64,000 nucleotides of DNA from Bacillota bacterium (GCA_017440145.1 JAFSHU010000036.1:14387-78386), one strand, 5' to 3'. Counted from the first letter of the stretch, positions 8,702 to 19,294 are shown. The notes: generated by a model not told the origin, from the letters alone. Program-made: numbers and translations.

Positions 8702-10534
8702 TTAGCTGTTCTTTTGTTTGGAGGCAATGCGCAGACGCTCGGTGCGGCTAAGCACTTTTTTGCGCAGGCGCAGGCTCTTGGGCGTGACCTCCAGCAGTTC
8801 ATCATCATCCAGAAATTCCAGGCATTGCTCCAAAGAAAGCCGACGGGGCGGACTGAGACGCAGGGCCTCATCAGAGCCGGAGGCACGCATATTGGATACC
8901 TGTTTCTTTTTGCAGACGTTGACAGAAACCTCATCGTTTTTCGGGTTGATGCCCACGATCATGCCTTCATAGACCTTGGTGCCGGGCTCGATGAAAAGCT
9001 GCCCACGCTCCTGTGCATTAAAGAGGCCGTAGGTCACAGCAACGCCGCTTTCCCAGGCCACCAGGGAGCCGCTTTCCCGCTTGTTGATCTTCCCTTTGAA
9101 TTCCTGGTATTCCGCGAAAACGGAACCCATAATGCCCTCGCCCCGGGTATCGGTCAGGAAATCGTTTCGATATCCAAAGAGCCCGCGGGAGGGGATCATA
9201 TATTCCGCTTTCATGCGCCCACCGATGGAGGGCTCCATGGAAAGCAGCATACCCTTGCGTTCCCCCATCTTTTCCATAACGTGATGGAAATATTCTTCGG
9301 GGACATCTACATGCAGGCGTTCCATGGGTTCATAAAGAACGCCGTCGATTTCTTTATACAGCGCCTTGGGCGGGGAAACGGAAAATTCGTAGCCCTCTCT
9401 GCGCATGTTTTCGATCAGGATGGAAAGGTGCATTTCACCGCGGCCCAGAACGCGGAAGGAATCGGTGGAATCCGTATCAAAGACGCGCAGGGAAACATCC
9501 TTCAGCAATTCCTTATACAGACGCTCCCGCAGCTGACGGGAGGTAACAAAATCACCCTCCGTGCCTGCGAAGGGGCTGTCGTTGACGGAGAAAGTCATTT
9601 CCACCGTGGGTTCGCCCACTTTTACGAAAGGCAGGGCTTCCGGCCGTTCTACCTGGCAGACCGTATCACCGATATTGATGCCTTCAATGCCGGAGAAGCA
9701 GACAATATCCCCGGCTCTGGTGCATTCCACCGGCACGCGTTTGAGCCCTTCGATGGCAAAGAGATTATTGATTTTTCCTTTCACGACCCTTTCCGGATCA
9801 TGATAGTTCACGATGGATACTGTCTGCCCAACGCGAATCTCGCCCCGGTCCACACGGCCAATGCCAATGCGGCCTACATAATCGTTATAGTCCACGGAGC
9901 TGACCAAAAGCTGCAAAGAATCCTCCTGATCCGCTACCGGCGGGGGAATGTGGTTTACAATGGCTTCAAAAAGGGGCGTCAGATCGCTGCCGCTTTGATC
10001 CGGATCTGTGGTGGAAATGCCGCTGCGGGCAGAGCAATAGATGATGGGTGCATTCAACTGATCCTCCCCAGCATGCAGCTCCTCCAGCAGTTCCAGGGTC
10101 TCCAGGGCTGCATCCAGCGGGCGTGCATCCGGCCGGTCGATCTTGTTCACCACAATGATCACCTGGTGATTCATTTCCAATGCCTTTTGCAGGACAAAAC
10201 GGGTCTGGGGCATGGGGCCCTCGAAGGAATCCACCAGCAGCAAAACGCCGTTGACCATCTTCAGGACGCGCTCCACTTCCCCGGAAAAATCAGCGTGGCC
10301 GGGAGTATCGACGATATTGATCTTGATGTCGTTCCAGTAGATAGAGGTGTTCTTTGCCAGAATGGTGATGCCTTTTTCTCTTTCCAGATCGTTGTTGTCC
10401 ATGACGCGTTCCGCTACATTCTGGTTGGCGCGGAAAGCGCCTCCCTGGTGCAGCATGCAGTCTACCAGGGTCGTTTTGCCATGGTCAACATGGGCCACGA
10501 TGGCAATATTGCGGATATTTCCAATCTCTTTCAA
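8702..10534 (-). CDS. typA: translational GTPase TypA/BipA
   Basis: [11 protein letters not shown]1 motif, [12 protein letters not shown]; 610 aa. A 931-aa ORF on the opposite strand is an antisense shadow. Confidence 0.95.
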   Translation of the reverse strand: MKEIGNIRNIAIVAHVDHGKTTLVDCMLHQGGAFRANQNVAERVMDNNDLEREKGITILAKNTSIYWNDIKINIVDTPGHADFSGEVERVLKMVNGVLLLVDSFEGPMPQTRFVLQKALEMNHQVIIVVNKIDRPDARPLDAALETLELLEELHAGEDQLNAPIIYCSARSGISTTDPDQSGSDLTPLFEAIVNHIPPPVADQEDSLQLLVSSVDYNDYVGRIGIGRVDRGEIRVGQTVSIVNYHDPERVVKGKINNLFAIEGLKRVPVECTRAGDIVCFSGIEGINIGDTVCQVERPEALPFVKVGEPTVEMTFSVNDSPFAGTEGDFVTSRQLRERLYKELLKDVSLRVFDTDSTDSFRVLGRGEMHLSILIENMRREGYEFSVSPPKALYKEIDGVLYEPMERLHVDVPEEYFHHVMEKMGERKGMLLSMEPSIGGRMKAEYMIPSRGLFGYRNDFLTDTRGEGIMGSVFAEYQEFKGKINKRESGSLVAWESGVAVTYGLFNAQERGQLFIEPGTKVYEGMIVGINPKNDEVSVNVCKKKQVSNMRASGSDEALRLSPPRRLSLEQCLEFLDDDELLEVTPKSLRLRKKVLSRTERLRIASKQKNS

Positions 10535-10676
10535 AGTAAACGCTCCTTACTTTCTAAACGCTCTTTTCAATCGCGCATTGATCCTTCGAATAAATTAAAA
10601 TCCAACCTTAAAATAATAGCATCATATCCCATGCTGCGCAAGCAAAACTTTCGAAAAATCCAAAATAGAATGGTGG

Positions 10677-10706
10677 GTATATTTGCTTTTTCCCATGGCA
10701 ATACTG
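10677..10706 (+). promoter_or_regulatory. forespore sigma-F/sigma-G-type promoter upstream of sigG
   Basis: GTATA, 15 nt, GGCAATACTG fits the GTATA-N15-GGnnAnAHTR sigma-F consensus; about 30 nt upstream of the sigG RBS. Confidence 0.55.
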
Positions 10707-10738
10707 AAAGCAGATCGCCGTTCCCGGAGGGGAGACAG

Positions 10739-11509
10739 ATGTTGAACAAGGTTGAGATTTGTGGAGTGAACACCGCGAAGCTGCCGGTGCTTTCAAATGA
10801 AAAAACCATGGATTTGTTCCGCCGTATGCAGCAGGGGGATACAGAAGCCAGGGAGGAGCTGATCTCCGGGAATCTGCGTCTGGTTCTTTCTGTATTGCAG
10901 CGTTTTAACAATCGGGGGGAAAATGCAGATGATCTTTTTCAGGTCGGCTGCATTGGCTTGATCAAATCCATTGATAACTTTGATCTCAGCCAGAATGTTC
11001 GCCTTTCTACCTATGCCGTTCCGATGATTATCGGTGAAATTCGCCGTTATCTTCGGGATAACAATGCAATTCGCGTATCCCGCTCTCTGCGGGATCTGGC
11101 CTATAAAGCGATGCAGGCCAGGGATGCGCTGGTGAATTCTCTGGGGCGGGAGCCCAAGGTGGAGGAAATCGCCGCAAAGCTGGATCTACCCACCGCAGAG
11201 GTTTTGTTTGCGCTGGATGCCATTGCTGACCCCGTATCCCTTTACGAACCGATCTATAATGACGGCGGTGACCCCATCTATGTGATGGATCAGGTTCGCG
11301 ATGAAAAAAACAGCGACCGGGTCTGGACGGAGGCCTTTAATATCAAGGAAGGCCTCTCAAAATTGGGGGAACGGGAAAAGAAGATCATTAACCTGCGCTT
11401 TTTTGTGGGGAAAACCCAGATGGAGGTGGCGGAAGAGATCGGCATTTCCCAGGCACAGGTCTCCCGCCTGGAAAAGGGCGCCCTGCTGCAGCTGCGTAAA
11501 TATGTATAA
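10739..11509 (+). CDS. sigG: sporulation sigma factor SigG
   Basis: MLNKVEICGVNTAKLPVL...FQVGCIGLIKSIDNFD...STYAVPMIIGEIRRYLRDNN...FFVGKTQMEVAEEIGISQAQVSRLEK closely parallels B. subtilis sigma-G; RBS GGAGGGGAG. Confidence 0.9.
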   Translation: MLNKVEICGVNTAKLPVLSNEKTMDLFRRMQQGDTEAREELISGNLRLVLSVLQRFNNRGENADDLFQVGCIGLIKSIDNFDLSQNVRLSTYAVPMIIGEIRRYLRDNNAIRVSRSLRDLAYKAMQARDALVNSLGREPKVEEIAAKLDLPTAEVLFALDAIADPVSLYEPIYNDGGDPIYVMDQVRDEKNSDRVWTEAFNIKEGLSKLGEREKKIINLRFFVGKTQMEVAEEIGISQAQVSRLEKGALLQLRKYV

Positions 11510-11513
11510 TTGA

Positions 11514-12152
11514 ATGGGAGGCTCTATGGAAGGCTCTATGAAAGAAAGAAAAAACAAGGCCAGGGCTGCCTGGTGGATTTTTTTGCCCCTTTGTCTGCTT
11601 GGTCTGCTGCTGGGCGCTTCTGCTGACCGAGTCCTTTTTGCGGATGCCTCTGCGGAAGAAAAACCCCTTCGCCTGCATGTGCTGGCCAACAGTGATTCCC
11701 TCTTTGATCAGCAGCTGAAGCTGGAGCTGCGGGATCATGTGGTTTGGCTGCTGCAGGAGGATATGGAAGGCGCTGCTCATAAAGGAGAGGCGATTCAACG
11801 TTTGGAGGAAAAGCTTCCTGTTCTGGAGGAAGCCTGCAATGCCTATCTGGCTGGCCGCTGTAAGTATCAGGCCCGGCTTTTCATTCAGCGGGATGACTTC
11901 CCGGAGATCGACTATGACGGTATGACCTTTGCTGCCGGGGAATACGATGCCCTGCGGATCGTCCTGGGGGAGGGCGCCGGACATAACTGGTGGTGCGTGC
12001 TGTTCCCCCCGCTGTGCTTTGTGGATATGGCCGGCGAGTTCCGGGATACGGAGGCGGTAGAAGTGATGGCCGGCTATCCGGAATACGAGGGGCAGAGCGG
12101 ATTTCGCATAGAGTGGAAGCTGGGGCAGCTCTTCCGGCAGATCGAAGAATAG
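11514..12152 (+). CDS. spoIIR: stage II sporulation protein R
   Basis: LRLHVLANSDS...GEGAGHNWWCVLFPPLCF are SpoIIR signatures; N-terminal signal/TM; three in-frame ATGs at 11514, 11526 and 11538 inside a tandem 12-nt duplication. Confidence 0.85.
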   Translation: MGGSMEGSMKERKNKARAAWWIFLPLCLLGLLLGASADRVLFADASAEEKPLRLHVLANSDSLFDQQLKLELRDHVVWLLQEDMEGAAHKGEAIQRLEEKLPVLEEACNAYLAGRCKYQARLFIQRDDFPEIDYDGMTFAAGEYDALRIVLGEGAGHNWWCVLFPPLCFVDMAGEFRDTEAVEVMAGYPEYEGQSGFRIEWKLGQLFRQIEE

Positions 12153-12155
12153 AAA

Positions 12156-12195
12156 GGGCGGGAGAAAGTCTGACTTTCTCCCGCCTGATGTTTAT
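12156..12195. terminator. bidirectional terminator between spoIIR (+) and rqcH (-)
   Basis: GGGCGGGAGAAAGTC/ACTTTCTCCCGCC stem with T-rich flanks on both strands. Confidence 0.55.
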
Positions 12196-12256
12196 CTGGG
12201 AATCCAAATTTCTTTTCTGCTTATGCCCGGCGAAGCCCAGGGGAGCCGGAGTGCGT

Positions 12257-14029
12257 TCAATCCTGCTCTTCTTTGAGCTCCTGCGGTTCCCGGGGCTGCA
12301 CGTATAAGGTTCTTTGTCCGCTGAAGATCACATAGCCGGGGTGGCTTCCCGGCGGCTTACGCAGCTTTCCGGCAGGCAGATAATCCACGGGAACCTGATT
12401 GCTGTCCCGTCCCTTGCTGAACCAGGCCGCATAAGCGGCGGCCTCTGCCAATGTGTTTTCCGGGATTTCCTGGCCATGGCTTACGATGATCACATGGGAG
12501 CCGGGCATCTTTTGCGCGTGGAGCCAGATGTCATGCTCAGCAGCCTGATTCAGGCTTAGCCGGTCATTCTGCTTATTGTTCCGGCCAATGAGGATGGTGA
12601 AGCCATCAGCGGAAATGACCTTTCTGGGGGGCAGAGCCGGGACGCGCTTCTCACTTCCTGCCTTTGTGCCGGGTTTTTGCGGAGCGCCTGCCTTATGATA
12701 GCCTGCGGAAACGGCTTCCCGTTCCACAGCAGAAAGCTCCTCCAGGCTGCCGCAATCGTTCATGGCCTGCTCAATGCTGAGCAGATACTCCCGCTCCCGG
12801 TAATTCTGCTCAAGCTGCTTCTGAATGGAGCCTCTGGCCTTTTTTGCCTTGGCATAGCGGCGGTAATAGCGCTGCACATTTTCCTGGGGCGTAAGTGCCG
12901 GGTCCAGCTTTACCAGGATTTTTTCTTCCGGATCGGCAAAACTGGGCAGCTCCACCGAATCCATACCTTTGCTCAGATGCCAGAGATAGGCGGAAAGCAG
13001 ATCCCCGGAATCCTTATAAATGTCCGCTGCCTCACTCTGGCAAAGATCGGTTTCCTCCAGGGAGATTTTCTTGTTTAAACGGGCCAGATGGTGACGAAGA
13101 GAACGATTCAGATCGTTGTAGGCTTTGCGGAACTGCTGCTCTTCCTCCCGCTGCCGGTAAAAGAGATCCACTGCCTGGTTCATGGATTCTGCGCTTTGCA
13201 GCTCCTCCTGGGGCCAAACCGCAGGTGCAATCGCTGCAAAATCCAGGAATCGTCCCTTTTGCTGGCGCAGGTGGGGCTGAAAGCTGTTTTTCTCATACAT
13301 TTCCCCCAAGTCCTTCAGGATCGTATAAATGCAATGAATTTCATATTCACCCAGCTGATCCGGGGAGAGCCCTTCTTCCATTCCGGAGCTGGCAAGGACA
13401 TGATCTGCCAAAAGAGGGGATATCCCCATGATCTCCCGGCGGAGAATCGCGGCCAGCTCCTGATCCGGGTGCGCATAGAACAGTGCGGCCAGCTCTTCCT
13501 CAGAGCTTGGCGGCAAAGAGAGACGCTCCATGGGCGGCGGTGGGAGATAGGGCTTCCCGGGAAGCACCTCCCGATAACGGGAAAGGTGGCTGCCGTAGCG
13601 GCGAATACCATCGATGATCTGTTTCTCCGCGTTATAAAGGATGATATTGCTGTGCTTCCCCATGATCTCGATTACGAGATGCAGGGGAGCCGGGTCACCC
13701 AGTTCGTCGCGGCCTTCCGCATCCAGCGTGGCCACACGTTCCCCCTCTGTGCAGGAAAAATCAGTAATACGGGCGCCCTCCAGCCATTTTCGCAGCACCA
13801 TAAGAAACATGGGCGCTTTCGGCGGATTTTCCTTTGTGCTTTCTGTGCAGACGACCCGACCGTTTTCCGGGTGGGCTGAAAGCAGCAGGCGGAGCTGCCC
13901 GGCCTGGCTGTGGCATTTCAGCAGAATGGTGTGGGGATCCGGTTGGTGTATTTTGTTAATCTTTGCGCCGATCAGTCGGGGTTTTAGCTCGCCGACAATG
14001 GCGGAAAGCGTCATGGAATCAAAAGCCAT
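12257..14029 (-). CDS. rqcH: ribosome quality control protein RqcH (NFACT / FbpA family)
   Basis: 590 aa; N-terminal MAFDSMTLSAIVGELKP NFACT-N domain, central coiled coil, NFACT-R domain (GYVIFSG). Confidence 0.8.
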   Translation of the reverse strand: MAFDSMTLSAIVGELKPRLIGAKINKIHQPDPHTILLKCHSQAGQLRLLLSAHPENGRVVCTESTKENPPKAPMFLMVLRKWLEGARITDFSCTEGERVATLDAEGRDELGDPAPLHLVIEIMGKHSNIILYNAEKQIIDGIRRYGSHLSRYREVLPGKPYLPPPPMERLSLPPSSEEELAALFYAHPDQELAAILRREIMGISPLLADHVLASSGMEEGLSPDQLGEYEIHCIYTILKDLGEMYEKNSFQPHLRQQKGRFLDFAAIAPAVWPQEELQSAESMNQAVDLFYRQREEEQQFRKAYNDLNRSLRHHLARLNKKISLEETDLCQSEAADIYKDSGDLLSAYLWHLSKGMDSVELPSFADPEEKILVKLDPALTPQENVQRYYRRYAKAKKARGSIQKQLEQNYREREYLLSIEQAMNDCGSLEELSAVEREAVSAGYHKAGAPQKPGTKAGSEKRVPALPPRKVISADGFTILIGRNNKQNDRLSLNQAAEHDIWLHAQKMPGSHVIIVSHGQEIPENTLAEAAAYAAWFSKGRDSNQVPVDYLPAGKLRKPPGSHPGYVIFSGQRTLYVQPREPQELKEEQD

Positions 14030-14177
14030 AAACTGTCCTTTCTTATGAGGTAAACGATATCTCTCGTATTAAAATAGCTTCAAGATGGGCAAATGTCAAG
14101 AAAATCCACCAGAAAAAAAGGAATTGTTCTTTTGGAGTAGAATTTGATTAAGACTAATTTTACAGGGGTACAGTGCT

Positions 14178-15056
14178 GTGATAAAAAGTATGACAGGCTT
14201 TGGGCGGGGAACTGCGCAAAGCGAAGATTATAATGTAACCGTTGAAATGAAAGCGGTCAATCATCGCTTTCTGGAAATCTCCATTCGCCAGCCGAAGGCA
14301 TTTAATGCTTTTGAGGATGGCTTGAAAAAACAGATTCAGGCTCTTGTCCATCGGGGAAAGGTAGACGTTTATGTTTCCCTGGACTACCTGACAGCGAAAA
14401 AAACCACTGTTAAGGTTGACAAAGAGCTTGCTATAGCGTATTATAATGCAATGTTGGGCTTGGCTGAGGTCTGCGCTCTGCCCCCGGATTTGCGTTTGCA
14501 GAACATCGCTTCTTTTAACGGCGTTCTGAATGTCGAAACTATGGAAGATGATGCAGAGGTACTCTCTTCTTTACTGACACAGGCCATGGCTGCGGCTTTA
14601 TCCGGCTTTTGCAGCATGCGGCAGGCGGAAGGAACGGCTTTGCTGACAGATCTGAGCGCACACCTGGATGCTGTGGAACAAGCCAGAGAGAATATCGCTC
14701 TTTTTGCGCCTCAGGTCGTGGCCGAGCAGCATGAAAAGCTGCAGCAGCGCATCAGCGACCTGCTGCAGGGCATCGAAATTGACCAGGCTCGTCTTGCCAA
14801 TGAATTGGCGTTTTTTGCTGATAAAGTGGATATCAGTGAGGAGCTGGCTCGCTTGGGCAGCCATATTTCCCAGTTCCGTTCCGGTTTGGAGTCTTCCGAG
14901 CCCATTGGCCGTCAGCTGGAATTCATCCTTCAGGAAATGCTGCGGGAGATCAATACCATTGGCTCCAAATCCAATGCACTGGACATCAATAAATTGGTTA
15001 TTGCGGTAAAAAGTGAATTAGAAAAGATCCGCGAACAAATACAAAACGTAGAATAA
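14178..15056 (+). CDS. yicC: YicC/YloC family endoribonuclease
   Basis: MIKSMTGFGRG start, 292 aa, DUF1732-type C-terminus. Confidence 0.85.
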   Translation: MIKSMTGFGRGTAQSEDYNVTVEMKAVNHRFLEISIRQPKAFNAFEDGLKKQIQALVHRGKVDVYVSLDYLTAKKTTVKVDKELAIAYYNAMLGLAEVCALPPDLRLQNIASFNGVLNVETMEDDAEVLSSLLTQAMAAALSGFCSMRQAEGTALLTDLSAHLDAVEQARENIALFAPQVVAEQHEKLQQRISDLLQGIEIDQARLANELAFFADKVDISEELARLGSHISQFRSGLESSEPIGRQLEFILQEMLREINTIGSKSNALDINKLVIAVKSELEKIREQIQNVE

Positions 15057-15083
15057 CTACAGAAACAACTATGGAGGTGCTTT

Positions 15084-15392
15084 ATGTCTATCCCCAAATT
15101 AACCCCTGAAGAAAGAGCTAAGGCTCTGGCTAAAGCGCAGCAGATTCGTTCTCAGCGTATGGAAGTTCGCAAACAGCTGAAGGCTGGCGAGCTGACCCTG
15201 ACTGATGTTCTGGATAATGTTGAAAACGAAATCTACGGCAAAATGCGGGTTAAGTATTTGCTGGAAAGTCTTCCCCAGGTCGGCAAAATCACGGCTGCCA
15301 AATTGATGGAAGAAATCGGCATTGATGAAGCTCGCCGCGTACAGGGTCTGGGTGCCAGACAGAAATCCCAGCTGCTGGAAAAATTGGCCTAA
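15084..15392 (+). CDS. integration host factor, actinobacterial mIHF-like
   Basis: 102 aa; KLTPEERAKALAKA...GKMRVKYLLESLPQVGKITAAKLMEEIGI...RRVQGLGARQKSQLLEKLA parallels mIHF; sits upstream of gmk-rpoZ-coaBC as mihF does in Actinobacteria. Confidence 0.6.
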   Translation: MSIPKLTPEERAKALAKAQQIRSQRMEVRKQLKAGELTLTDVLDNVENEIYGKMRVKYLLESLPQVGKITAAKLMEEIGIDEARRVQGLGARQKSQLLEKLA

Positions 15393-15419
15393 TCGGCTTG
15401 ATTTTATAGGATTATCACG

Positions 15420-15692
15420 ATGGCTATCAAGCTGATCAATATCGGCTATGGTAATATCGTCTCCGCTCAACGGGTAGTGGCGGTGGTGAGCCCGGATTCC
15501 GCTCCGGTTAAACGCATCATCGCCGATGCCCGGGATGGCGGTTTTTTGGTGGATGCCACCTGTGGTCGCCGCACCCGCGCTGTCATCATTATGGATAGCC
15601 GGCATGTGATCCTGTCTGCTTTGCAGCCGGAAACCATGGCGAACCGCCTGGTTGAGCCAAAATCTGATTTTGGAGAGAATACTGGTGAATAA
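15420..15692 (+). CDS. remA: RemA (DUF370) biofilm matrix regulator family protein
   Basis: [34 protein letters not shown] signature. Confidence 0.85.
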   Translation: MAIKLINIGYGNIVSAQRVVAVVSPDSAPVKRIIADARDGGFLVDATCGRRTRAVIIMDSRHVILSALQPETMANRLVEPKSDFGENTGE

Positions 15693-16287
15693 TACGACTG
15701 GACTCGGGCTGCTGATCGTTGTATCCGGCCCTTCCGGTGTTGGCAAGGGCACAGTATGCAAAGCCCTGCTGGACCGGGAAAAGGATACGGTGCTTTCTGT
15801 TTCTGCCACCACTCGTTCTCCCCGTCCCATGGATGTGGATGGGCAGACCTATCATTTTCTGACGAGGGAGGATTTTCTTTCCCGGCGGGAACAGGGTGAA
15901 TTTTTGGAATGGGCTGAGGTCTACGGTAATTTTTACGGTACCCTCCGCTCTGAGGTGGAGCGGCTGCAAAAAGAAGGAAAGAACGTGATTCTGGAGATTG
16001 ATACCCAGGGCGCGATGCAGATCAAAAAAGCCTATCCACAGAGTTTGCTGGTCTTTATTTTGCCGCCATCTTTGGAGGAATTGCGGGCCAGGATCGTTGG
16101 CCGGGGGACGGAAAGCCAGGAAGTGCTGAATCTGCGTTTGTCCAAAGCGCAGGAGGAGATTTCCATGTCCCCGCATTATGATTTTTCTCTTGTCAATGAT
16201 GAGGTGGATCGGACTGCGGAGGAATTGGCTGAATTCATTCGTGCAGAACGGATCCGGCGCAGTAAGGAGGATAACTTTGCTGAATAA
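15685..16287 (+). CDS. gmk: guanylate kinase
   Basis: GTG start 8 nt after GGAGAG, overlapping the remA stop; [16 protein letters not shown]-loop. Confidence 0.9.
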   Translation: MNNTTGLGLLIVVSGPSGVGKGTVCKALLDREKDTVLSVSATTRSPRPMDVDGQTYHFLTREDFLSRREQGEFLEWAEVYGNFYGTLRSEVERLQKEGKNVILEIDTQGAMQIKKAYPQSLLVFILPPSLEELRARIVGRGTESQEVLNLRLSKAQEEISMSPHYDFSLVNDEVDRTAEELAEFIRAERIRRSKEDNFAE

Positions 16288-16513
16288 ACCGAATATCAAC
16301 GAATTGATGGACGTTGTGGATTCCAAGTATGCCCTTGTCATTTTAGCGGCAAAACGAGCCAGATACATGATCGACAGCAATCCCGATCTGGCTGATGACG
16401 AAACCTTTAATCCGGTTTCCGCTGCTTTGGGTGAGCTGGTGTCCGGGGAGCTTCACTGGACCAGCGCTCAGCAGCCCGTTCCCTCTGAACCGGAGGAAGC
16501 AGAAGAGGCCTAA
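16277..16513 (+). CDS. rpoZ: DNA-directed RNA polymerase subunit omega
   Basis: TTG start 7 nt after AAGGAGG, overlapping the gmk stop; ELMDVVDSKYALVILAAKRAR signature. The track ORF 16178.. is an upstream extension. Confidence 0.8.
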   Translation: MLNKPNINELMDVVDSKYALVILAAKRARYMIDSNPDLADDETFNPVSAALGELVSGELHWTSAQQPVPSEPEEAEEA

Positions 16514-16524
16514 GGAGCAGCTCT

Positions 16525-17739
16525 ATGTTTAAAGGGAAAAAAATCACCGCCGGTATCTCCGGCGGTATTGCTGCATATAAAGCAGCTGAATTGGTCAGCT
16601 GGATGAAGCAAAATGGTGCTGAAGTTTCTGTGGCAATGACAAAAAATGCCACGGAATTCATTACGCCGCTGACCTTGAAAGCGCTGTCCGGCCGTCCTGT
16701 GGCTGTGGATATCATGGATACTTCTTCCGATTGGCATGTGCCGCATGTGGATCTGGCAGCCTGCGATCTGCTTCTGCTGGCGCCTGCCACTGCGAATCTT
16801 TTGGCCAAAGCAGCCCACGGCCTTGCGGATGATCTGCTTTCTGCCACGATTTTGGCCAGCCGGGCGCCTGTTCTGTGCGCGCCTGCCATGCATACGGATA
16901 TGTATAACAATCCCTCTACCCAGGAGAATCTGCGGATCCTGCAGGAGCGGGGCTGGTCTTTCATTGACCCCGGCTGGGGGCGATTGGCCTGCGGCGCGAT
17001 GGGGCAGGGAAGATTGGCAGATGTGGCAGAGATCAAAGAAGCGATCCGGGCTGCACTCAGCGAAGGGCCGCTGAAAGGCAAACGCGTTCTGGTTACGGCG
17101 GGCCCGACTTATGAATATATTGATCCGGTTCGCTTTGTGGGGAACCGTTCCAGCGGGAAGATGGGCTTTGCCATGGCAGAGGCCGCCCACGCTGCCGGCG
17201 CTGAGGTGGTGCTTGTCGCCGGCCCCACTACCTTGGCAGATCCTCCCGGAATCCGGGTGGAGCATGTGGTTTCCGCTCAGGAAATGTATGATGCCGTATG
17301 GCGGGAATATGCGAACAGTGATATTGTAATCATGGCGGCGGCGGTCTCGGATTACCGCCCTGACCATATGGAAGCCTGCAAAATGAAAAAGGGCGGGGAG
17401 CAAAGTCTGCAGCTCGTCCGCACGCAGGATATTCTGGCCTCCCTGGGGGAGAAAAAGGGTGAGCACTTTTTGGTGGGCTTTGCTGCAGAAACCAATGATT
17501 TGCTGGCCTACGCCCAGGATAAATTGGAGCGAAAACACCTGGATATGATCGTTGCCAACGATGTGAGCCAGGCCGGTGCAGGATTTGATGGGGATACGAA
17601 CATCGTTACGGCTTTATATCCCCGGGATGGGCAGCTGCTTCGCCGGGATTACCCTTTGCAAACGAAAAAAGCTGCTGCCCGCCAGATCATTGAGCTGATT
17701 TCTGCTTTGCTGCCCCCTTCAGAAGAGAATAAAATTTGA
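16525..17739 (+). CDS. coaBC: bifunctional phosphopantothenoylcysteine decarboxylase / phosphopantothenate--cysteine ligase
   Basis: 404 aa; N-terminal flavoprotein domain and C-terminal DFP/CoaB domain. Confidence 0.9.
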   Translation: MFKGKKITAGISGGIAAYKAAELVSWMKQNGAEVSVAMTKNATEFITPLTLKALSGRPVAVDIMDTSSDWHVPHVDLAACDLLLLAPATANLLAKAAHGLADDLLSATILASRAPVLCAPAMHTDMYNNPSTQENLRILQERGWSFIDPGWGRLACGAMGQGRLADVAEIKEAIRAALSEGPLKGKRVLVTAGPTYEYIDPVRFVGNRSSGKMGFAMAEAAHAAGAEVVLVAGPTTLADPPGIRVEHVVSAQEMYDAVWREYANSDIVIMAAAVSDYRPDHMEACKMKKGGEQSLQLVRTQDILASLGEKKGEHFLVGFAAETNDLLAYAQDKLERKHLDMIVANDVSQAGAGFDGDTNIVTALYPRDGQLLRRDYPLQTKKAAARQIIELISALLPPSEENKI

Positions 17740-17751
17740 AAGGAGATGCCT

Positions 17752-18933
17752 ATGCCTAGATTTTTTACCTCTGAATCCGTAACGGAAGGTCATCCGGATA
17801 AAATCGCGGATCAGATTTCCGATGCGATCCTTGATGCAATGCTGGAGCAGGACCCCTTTAGCCGGGTTGCCTGCGAGACCTTTATTACCACCGGCATGGT
17901 TCTGGTGGCCGGTGAAGTTACGACCAAATGCTATGTGGATATTCCGGCCGTGGTGCGGGAAACCATTCGCGGAATCGGTTATACCCGGGCAAAATTTGGT
18001 TTTGATTGTGATACCTGTGCCGTGATGACCGCTTTGGATGAACAAAGTGGCGATATCGCGATGGGCGTGAACCAGGCTTGGGAAAGCAAGTCCGGCGCTT
18101 CTGATGTTTTTGCACAGATCGGTGCCGGCGATCAGGGCATGATGTTTGGCTATGCCTGCGACGATACCCCTGAATTGATGCCTTTGCCCATTTCTTTGGC
18201 CCATCGTCTTACCCAGAAACTGTCTGCTGTGCGGAAAGCGGATCCCAAGTCTCCGCTTCTGCCGGATGGGAAAAGCCAGGTGACCGTGGAATACGATGAG
18301 AATGGACGCCCGACCCGCATCGATACGGTGGTGATCTCCTCTCAGCACAGAGCGGATGTATCTTTGGATGAACTGCGGCCCTTTGTGATCGAGCATGTGA
18401 TTAAGGACGAGTTGCCTGAAGAGCTTTTGGATGAGAATACCCGCTATCTGGTAAATCCCACCGGCCGCTTCGTGATCGGCGGCCCCCAGGGGGATACCGG
18501 TTTGACCGGGCGTAAAATTATTGTGGATACTTACGGCGGCATGGCACGTCATGGCGGCGGCGCTTTTTCCGGGAAGGATCCCACAAAGGTGGATCGTTCC
18601 GCTTCCTATATGGCTCGCTACATGGCAAAGAATATCGTTGCGGCGAAGCTGGCCTCCCGCTGCGAGGTGCAGCTGGCCTACGCCATCGGCGTAGCAGAGC
18701 CTGTCTCTCTGCGTGTGGATACCTTCGGCACCGGGAAGGTGGATGATGCTGTTTTGGAGGAAGCAGTGCGTCAGGTCTTTGATGCTCGCCCGGCAGCGAT
18801 CATTCATAATTTTGAGCTTCGCCGGCCCATTTATAAGCAGACTGCTGCTTATGGGCATTTTGGCCGGAATGATCTGGATCTGCCCTGGGAACGTACGGAT
18901 AAGGTGGACGAGCTGCTGCGTTTGGTAAAATAA
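17752..18933 (+). CDS. metK: S-adenosylmethionine synthase
   Basis: [28 protein letters not shown] motifs; start chosen at the ATG 7 nt after GAAAGGAG (alternative ATG at 17746). Confidence 0.95.
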   Translation: MPRFFTSESVTEGHPDKIADQISDAILDAMLEQDPFSRVACETFITTGMVLVAGEVTTKCYVDIPAVVRETIRGIGYTRAKFGFDCDTCAVMTALDEQSGDIAMGVNQAWESKSGASDVFAQIGAGDQGMMFGYACDDTPELMPLPISLAHRLTQKLSAVRKADPKSPLLPDGKSQVTVEYDENGRPTRIDTVVISSQHRADVSLDELRPFVIEHVIKDELPEELLDENTRYLVNPTGRFVIGGPQGDTGLTGRKIIVDTYGGMARHGGGAFSGKDPTKVDRSASYMARYMAKNIVAAKLASRCEVQLAYAIGVAEPVSLRVDTFGTGKVDDAVLEEAVRQVFDARPAAIIHNFELRRPIYKQTAAYGHFGRNDLDLPWERTDKVDELLRLVK

Positions 18934-18937
18934 GCTG

Positions 18938-19294
18938 CTATAAATCAAAAAGCGCATCCTGATCCTCAAAAGGATCTTTTTCAAAAGGATTTATCGGTGC
19001 GGCATAATGCGCGCTTTCTTCCTGCGGGCTTTCATAATTTGCTGCCGGTTGAACGCTTTTATCGGGGTCGATCAAAATCACATCGACCCCGATTTTTTTG
19101 ATTTGCCGCCAGTGAATCAAAGTTTCTTCTCCTTTGGCAAAAAGGCTGAACATGCGGCTGCTGCCCGTGGGGATGATGATCGCTTCGATCCGCCCGTGTT
19201 CCATATCCAGATCAATGTCTTCGATATACCCCAGCCTTTTTCCATCCTGTATGTTGATCACATCTTTGTTGCGCAGCTCTGATATTCGCAGCAT
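18938..19294 (-). CDS. YlmC/YmxH family sporulation protein (PRC-barrel)
   Basis: MLRISELRNKDVINIQDGKRLGYIEDIDLD signature, 118 aa. Confidence 0.8.
   Translation of the reverse strand: MLRISELRNKDVINIQDGKRLGYIEDIDLDMEHGRIEAIIIPTGSSRMFSLFAKGEETLIHWRQIKKIGVDVILIDPDKSVQPAANYESPQEESAHYAAPINPFEKDPFEDQDALFDL

Noticed and set aside
8714-11509. 931-aa ORF on the plus strand spanning the typA antisense region and sigG
   Set aside because: It is antisense to a well-conserved typA gene and merely runs in frame into the real sigG start at 10739. Its translation is low-complexity with no domains. This is a typical long shadow ORF in GC-rich DNA.
16510-18984. Long minus-strand ORFs (16510-17538, 17719-18984) opposite coaBC and metK
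   Set aside because: Antisense to highly conserved genes, Arg/Gly/His-rich with no motifs. Codon periodicity follows the plus-strand genes.
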